A stretch of DNA of 64,000 nt from a virus, in the IMG/VR virus record IMGVR_UViG_3300020421_003230, positions 58,233 to 122,232 of that record. One strand, 5' to 3'. Under the pieces are notes generated by a model that worked only from the letters and a program-made list of their open reading frames with translations, made no database searches and had not been told where the DNA came from. Each line of letters opens with the position of its first letter. Within the stretch, counting starts at the first letter, position 1. Both the position numbers and the translations under genes were made by a program. Below are positions 59,961-64,000 of the stretch, one piece after another.

Positions 59961-59968
59961 TATTTATT
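59961..59968 (+). promoter_or_regulatory. TATTTATT motif upstream of the head-assembly genes
   Basis: Intergenic, between the portal gene and 60001. Confidence 0.5.
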
Positions 59969-60000
59969 AACGAGAAAAACTATCAAAATAAACGGAGTGT

Positions 60001-60879
60001 TTGATGAAATATAATAAGAAACACAGTAAACTAAAAAATACTGGTATTCTTTTCGAATTACTAACAAGACAGATAACAGTTGATGTTCTCAACGATGTCA
60101 AAGATGGTAAGGCAGTAAAAATCTTAAAAGAAAATTTTGGCTCAAGAACCGAATTAGGTAAAGAGTATGAATTGTACAAAATTTTGAACGAAAAGAAATA
60201 CAAAAACTCAGAACAAGCTAACATTTTACTCGAAGCGGTAATAAAAAGTCGTAGAAAATTATCAAATCGTAAACTTGCGAATGAAAAATACAATTTAATT
60301 AAAACGATTAAAGAAAGCTATGATATAAAAGAGTTCTTTAACACAAGAATTCCTGAATATAAACTACTTGCATCTATATCTAATGTATTTGAAGGTGAAT
60401 CTTCAAAACAAGTAGTTGGGCCTGTTGAAGAAACAGATAGTAAAGTAACAATTATTGAGAATATCACCAAATCAAAACACTCCAGAACTAAAAATAATGG
60501 TGGTATTGTTGAAAATCTTAAGAAAGAAGATAATGACTTAAGGTTACTTACTTATCAGTTGTTAGTAGACAAGTTTAATAAAAAATACAGTAATCTAAAT
60601 GAGAATCAAAGAAATTTATTGAGAGAATACATCAATAATATATCAAACACTAACTCTCTGAGAGAATTCATTGATACTGAAGTTATAAAAATCAAAAAAG
60701 TACTTAAATCACACTTAGTTAAAGTGGATGATAAGATTACTAAGATTAAATTAACCGAAGCCATTAATCATACAAAAGAAGCTACAGGTGGTTCTGTAGT
60801 TAAGGATAAGAATGTTGTATCATTGATGAGGTATTATGAATTAGTTAAGGAGTTAGACGATGTCCACGAAGATAAGTAA
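60001..60879 (+). CDS. Hypothetical helical protein (head module)
   Basis: KHSKLKNTGILFELL start; lies between portal and protease; ATG at 60004. Confidence 0.65.
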   Translation: MMKYNKKHSKLKNTGILFELLTRQITVDVLNDVKDGKAVKILKENFGSRTELGKEYELYKILNEKKYKNSEQANILLEAVIKSRRKLSNRKLANEKYNLIKTIKESYDIKEFFNTRIPEYKLLASISNVFEGESSKQVVGPVEETDSKVTIIENITKSKHSRTKNNGGIVENLKKEDNDLRLLTYQLLVDKFNKKYSNLNENQRNLLREYINNISNTNSLREFIDTEVIKIKKVLKSHLVKVDDKITKIKLTEAINHTKEATGGSVVKDKNVVSLMRYYELVKELDDVHEDK

Positions 60880-61504
60880 GAAAAAATTCACAGAAATGCT
60901 TCGTTCTCTTATACGAAAAGAGATTGAAGAAGCATCAACAACGGCATCTGCTGGTATAGATGGAACTGGTACAGGTCATTATGATACACCAAAGGCTTTC
61001 TCTACTGGTTCAGGTCATCCTGAAGATGGTGAAGTTGCTGGATTGAAAAAAGTAAAAGAACAAGTTAATGAAGTAATGTTTGCAGTTAAGATTAAAAAAG
61101 ATGATACTACTATACAAACTATTGTTGGTGCATCATCTAAAGGACAAGCTAAAACAAAAGTTGGTAAAATGATAAAAGGTGGAATGAAAAATATCGTTGA
61201 TGTACAAAGAGTTCAACCATCACTTGGTAACCAAATTGATAAAAAACTTGAAAGTGTAAATGAAGGCAAATACCATGATTGGAGAAATGATGAAACATTA
61301 TCACCAAAACAAAAAATTGGTCGTTCAATAAGAGAAGTAAAGAACTCACTATCAGGATTAAGTAAGATGATTGATATGAGTGTTCGTTTAAAGAATGAAC
61401 TAAGTGTTGATTCATCTTCGTATTGGAAAAATACTCATAAGGCTCTTAACAACATATCAGAAAGATTAGTTAAGTTGGCAAACAAAGTAGGGAAATTACA
61501 ATGA
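60860..61504 (+). CDS. Modular hypothetical head-associated protein
   Basis: Modules delimited by IEE, VNE, VNE; YDTPKAF motif. Confidence 0.6.
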   Translation: MSTKISKKKFTEMLRSLIRKEIEEASTTASAGIDGTGTGHYDTPKAFSTGSGHPEDGEVAGLKKVKEQVNEVMFAVKIKKDDTTIQTIVGASSKGQAKTKVGKMIKGGMKNIVDVQRVQPSLGNQIDKKLESVNEGKYHDWRNDETLSPKQKIGRSIREVKNSLSGLSKMIDMSVRLKNELSVDSSSYWKNTHKALNNISERLVKLANKVGKLQ

Positions 61505-61974
61505 AACAAAATGAAAAATACTTAACAGAAACTCTTGATATATTAAACAGAAAATTTGGTGAACCATTACCTACTCTTGAGGATACTATGAAGGCACATG
61601 CTTTGAAGAAAGAGGGTGGCCCAGGAAGTGGAAGACCGGCTAAACCAGGTGGTGCAAAAGATATCGATAATAAAATGAGTAAAGCGGTTGATGATGCAAA
61701 TGCTAGATTAGATGCGGCTGAGAAAGAATTAAAAAAGAAAAAGAAAATGAAAAAAGAGGGTGCTGATGATGTAGTTAAAGCAAAGAGAGTAATTGCTAAA
61801 CTAATGAAAACAGAATCTAAGTTTAGAAAAGAGATGTTTCAATTAGAACAATCATTTCTTTTAGACCCAAGACCTGAAAATAGAAAATTAGCAACTCAGA
61901 TTAAAAAAGTTTATAAAGATGGTGTAACAAAATTTATGAGAGAAGCAGTACAGATGATTAAGAGGATGAAATAA
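61501..61974 (+). CDS. Basic hypothetical head-associated protein
   Basis: FGEPLPTLED; KKE|GGPGSGR. Confidence 0.6.
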   Translation: MKQNEKYLTETLDILNRKFGEPLPTLEDTMKAHALKKEGGPGSGRPAKPGGAKDIDNKMSKAVDDANARLDAAEKELKKKKKMKKEGADDVVKAKRVIAKLMKTESKFRKEMFQLEQSFLLDPRPENRKLATQIKKVYKDGVTKFMREAVQMIKRMK

Positions 61975-62597
61975 TGAGAGATTTAATTGTAGATTACATA
62001 CCGTTCGAAGTAACAGCTGAACAAATTAACGAATCCATGAAAGAAAACAATGGTAAGTTAGTTGTTAAAGGTGTATTACAAAGAGCGGATGCTAAAAACC
62101 AAAATGGTAGAGTATATCCAAAAGATATCTTAACCAGAGAAGCAAAGAATTATAATGATGGATTCATAAAACAAAAAAGAGCATTGGGTGAATTAGACCA
62201 TCCAGATAGTTCAGTAGTGAATCTACAGAATGTATCACATAATATTACAGAGATGCACTTTGAGGGTGATAACCTATTAGGTACAGTTGAAATCTTAACT
62301 ACACCAAGTGGTAACATATTGAGAGAATTATTTAAGAATGGAATTAAGTTGGGTATTTCTTCTCGTGGTATGGGTTCAGTAGAAGCTATACAAGAAGATG
62401 ATAGTAAGGCACCAACATTAAAAGTTGGAAAAGATTTTGAGTTGATTGCATTTGACTTTGTATCTAATCCATCTACACATGGTGCATTCTTACATCCAAT
62501 AAGTGAGGGTGTTGATAACAATCAAACACAAGGTAGAACTTGTGGTACTTATTGTAAAGCAGAAGATGTAATTAACAAAATTATAAGAGGAGAGTAA
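61974..62597 (+). CDS. gp21: Prohead core protease (T4 gp21-like)
   Basis: NQNGRVYP, ALGELDHP, TPSG.IL, GISSRGMGS, DFVSNPS. Confidence 0.93.
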   Translation: MRDLIVDYIPFEVTAEQINESMKENNGKLVVKGVLQRADAKNQNGRVYPKDILTREAKNYNDGFIKQKRALGELDHPDSSVVNLQNVSHNITEMHFEGDNLLGTVEILTTPSGNILRELFKNGIKLGISSRGMGSVEAIQEDDSKAPTLKVGKDFELIAFDFVSNPSTHGAFLHPISEGVDNNQTQGRTCGTYCKAEDVINKIIRGE

Positions 62598-62598
62598 T

Positions 62599-62850
62599 AT
62601 GCCAGGTTTAGAAGATAAACAAGTACCTATTATACCTAAAGTAAACGATAGTTTAGGTGGAGATACAGGATTAGATGGAATACCTATCCCAGCAAGTGGA
62701 CAGATACAACAACCAACATTTACAGAATTAGCTGATGGTGCGGATGCTGTTAATCCACAACCAGGTAAACAAGGGTTGGATACATTTGCTATACCATCCA
62801 ATGGTACACCAGATAAAACTAAATTTAGTGGTGATGGATTGGCAAGTTAA
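62599..62850 (+). CDS. Hypothetical Pro/Gly/Asp-rich protein
   Basis: AGGAG SD; GLD.(I/F).IP repeated. Confidence 0.55.
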   Translation: MPGLEDKQVPIIPKVNDSLGGDTGLDGIPIPASGQIQQPTFTELADGADAVNPQPGKQGLDTFAIPSNGTPDKTKFSGDGLAS

Positions 62851-64000
62851 TGCCTTCCAAATCTAAAGCTCAACAAAGATTTATGGGACTTGTACATGCC
62901 TATAATAAAGGTGATGTAAAGGGTTCTGAAGTATCTAAGGCAGTAAAAGATGTTGCTAAGGATATGAAAAAGAAAGATGTAAAAGATTTTGCATCTACAA
63001 CACATAAAGGGAAACCAGAAAAAGTGAAACAAGAATTTTTAAATAAACTAAAAGAAATGATTCGTATAGAACTTGAGGGGTGTGGTTACACTACTTCTGC
63101 AGTTGACCCTAATTATAAATTAAAATCACCAGGTGGTACAGGTGAAGAAGATGAAAAACTAAAAGAGAGTTTAGGAAGAAAACTTCGTGAGGGTGAACAA
63201 GAAAAGATTTATGATTTATTAGTAAAGTATGGTAATACTGAAAAAGATGCAAAACAAATGATTGCCAAAACTTACAAATATATAAAAAGTGCATATAGGA
63301 ATTCAACACCAGCAAAGAAAGCGGAAATCATGTCATCATTGATGAAGATGGAAACTAAACAATGGGTAGAATTATCTGAGAAATGTTGGAAAGGATATGA
63401 GAAAAAAGGAACAAAGAAGATGTTCGGTAAAACATATCCTAATTGTGTAAAGAAAGAAAATATAAATCCAATATTACATTTAACTGAAATGGATTACAGA
63501 GGGTTCGTTAAATATATGAATGATTTCTATGGGCCAAAAGGAGTTTATCCTGATAAAAAGAAAAGAACTTTGAAGATGAAAGATATTGGAACTGCATACT
63601 CAGTATTATTAAAGAAGAAACCAGATTTTGAAATCGGATATGATTCTACTGATAGAGAGATGTTAAGAGATATTTTAATCAAGATGAGAAAACTTGACCC
63701 AGATTATTCACAAAAAGAATACATGAACACTCAGTTGAAGAAAAAGAAAAAACGAGGATTAGAAGTAGAAAGTAAAACTTCTGATATGATGAGAAAGATT
63801 CGTAAAGGTGGAACTGCAGGGCCTTGGACTATTATTGTGAGTAAAAACAATAGTATAAAGAGAAGTACTATGGTGAAAAATTTAAAAGAGATTCCAGCAT
63901 ATATGGATGGTATAAAGAAAAAATTTCCAAATCATAAGATTGGTATAGAATCTAAAGGTGGTAAGATAGTTTACAGAGAAGCAATGGATAGAAGACAAGC
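62850..64000 (+). CDS. Partial modular basic protein (runs off the window)
   Basis: Manual translation is open to the end: MPSKSKAQQRFMGLVHA...DFAST.HKG.PEKV and CWKGYEKKGTKKMFGKTYPNCVK modules, separated by LKE/LRE/LSE/LTE/YRE. Absent from the ORF track. Confidence 0.8.
   Translation, partial: MPSKSKAQQRFMGLVHAYNKGDVKGSEVSKAVKDVAKDMKKKDVKDFASTTHKGKPEKVKQEFLNKLKEMIRIELEGCGYTTSAVDPNYKLKSPGGTGEEDEKLKESLGRKLREGEQEKIYDLLVKYGNTEKDAKQMIAKTYKYIKSAYRNSTPAKKAEIMSSLMKMETKQWVELSEKCWKGYEKKGTKKMFGKTYPNCVKKENINPILHLTEMDYRGFVKYMNDFYGPKGVYPDKKKRTLKMKDIGTAYSVLLKKKPDFEIGYDSTDREMLRDILIKMRKLDPDYSQKEYMNTQLKKKKKRGLEVESKTSDMMRKIRKGGTAGPWTIIVSKNNSIKRSTMVKNLKEIPAYMDGIKKKFPNHKIGIESKGGKIVYREAMDRRQ

Noticed and set aside
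1-64000. Stop-codon reassignment, as seen in some large phages
   Set aside because: TAA, TAG and TGA all end genes at sensible domain ends, with tight gene packing under code 11
1-64000. tRNA/rRNA genes, integrase, transposase or introns
   Set aside because: Intergenic gaps are nearly all too short and no such motifs were seen; terminase and portal are uninterrupted

Overview
This AT-rich window comes from a large T4-related tailed phage (standard genetic code, nearly all genes on the + strand). From left to right it holds: (1) a small divergent ribbon-helix-helix gene missed by the ORF track; (2) a 4342-aa tail fibre/adhesin with collagen-like GxD repeats and a C-terminal S74-type autocleaving chaperone, followed by two proteins ending in intein-like Hint domains; (3) a ~33 kb glycan-synthesis/tailoring island with GT4-, GT2- and three GT7-like glycosyltransferases (the GT7s carry an inserted LamG lectin domain), eight GT10-like paralogous units, four twitch radical SAMs, a B12 radical SAM, an amidinotransferase, two 2OG-Fe(II) oxygenases, SGNH proteins, a nucleotide-sugar dehydrogenase and a DegT aminotransferase; (4) modular proteins whose domains are delimited by hydrophobic-x-Glu motifs like T4 gp21 cleavage sites, including a P-loop kinase and a CCA-adding enzyme + HIGH nucleotidyltransferase + KxDG ligase-like fusion containing an internal sigma70-like promoter; (5) a GH108 lysozyme, large terminase, portal and prohead protease. 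A TATTTAT(A/T) motif lies in most intergenic gaps and is the candidate late promoter. The leading candidates for undescribed biology are a capsid-packaged, protease-released tRNA/RNA-repair polyprotein and a virion glycan hypermodification system next to Hint-domain tail proteins. All family calls come from motif recognition by eye; no database searches were run.
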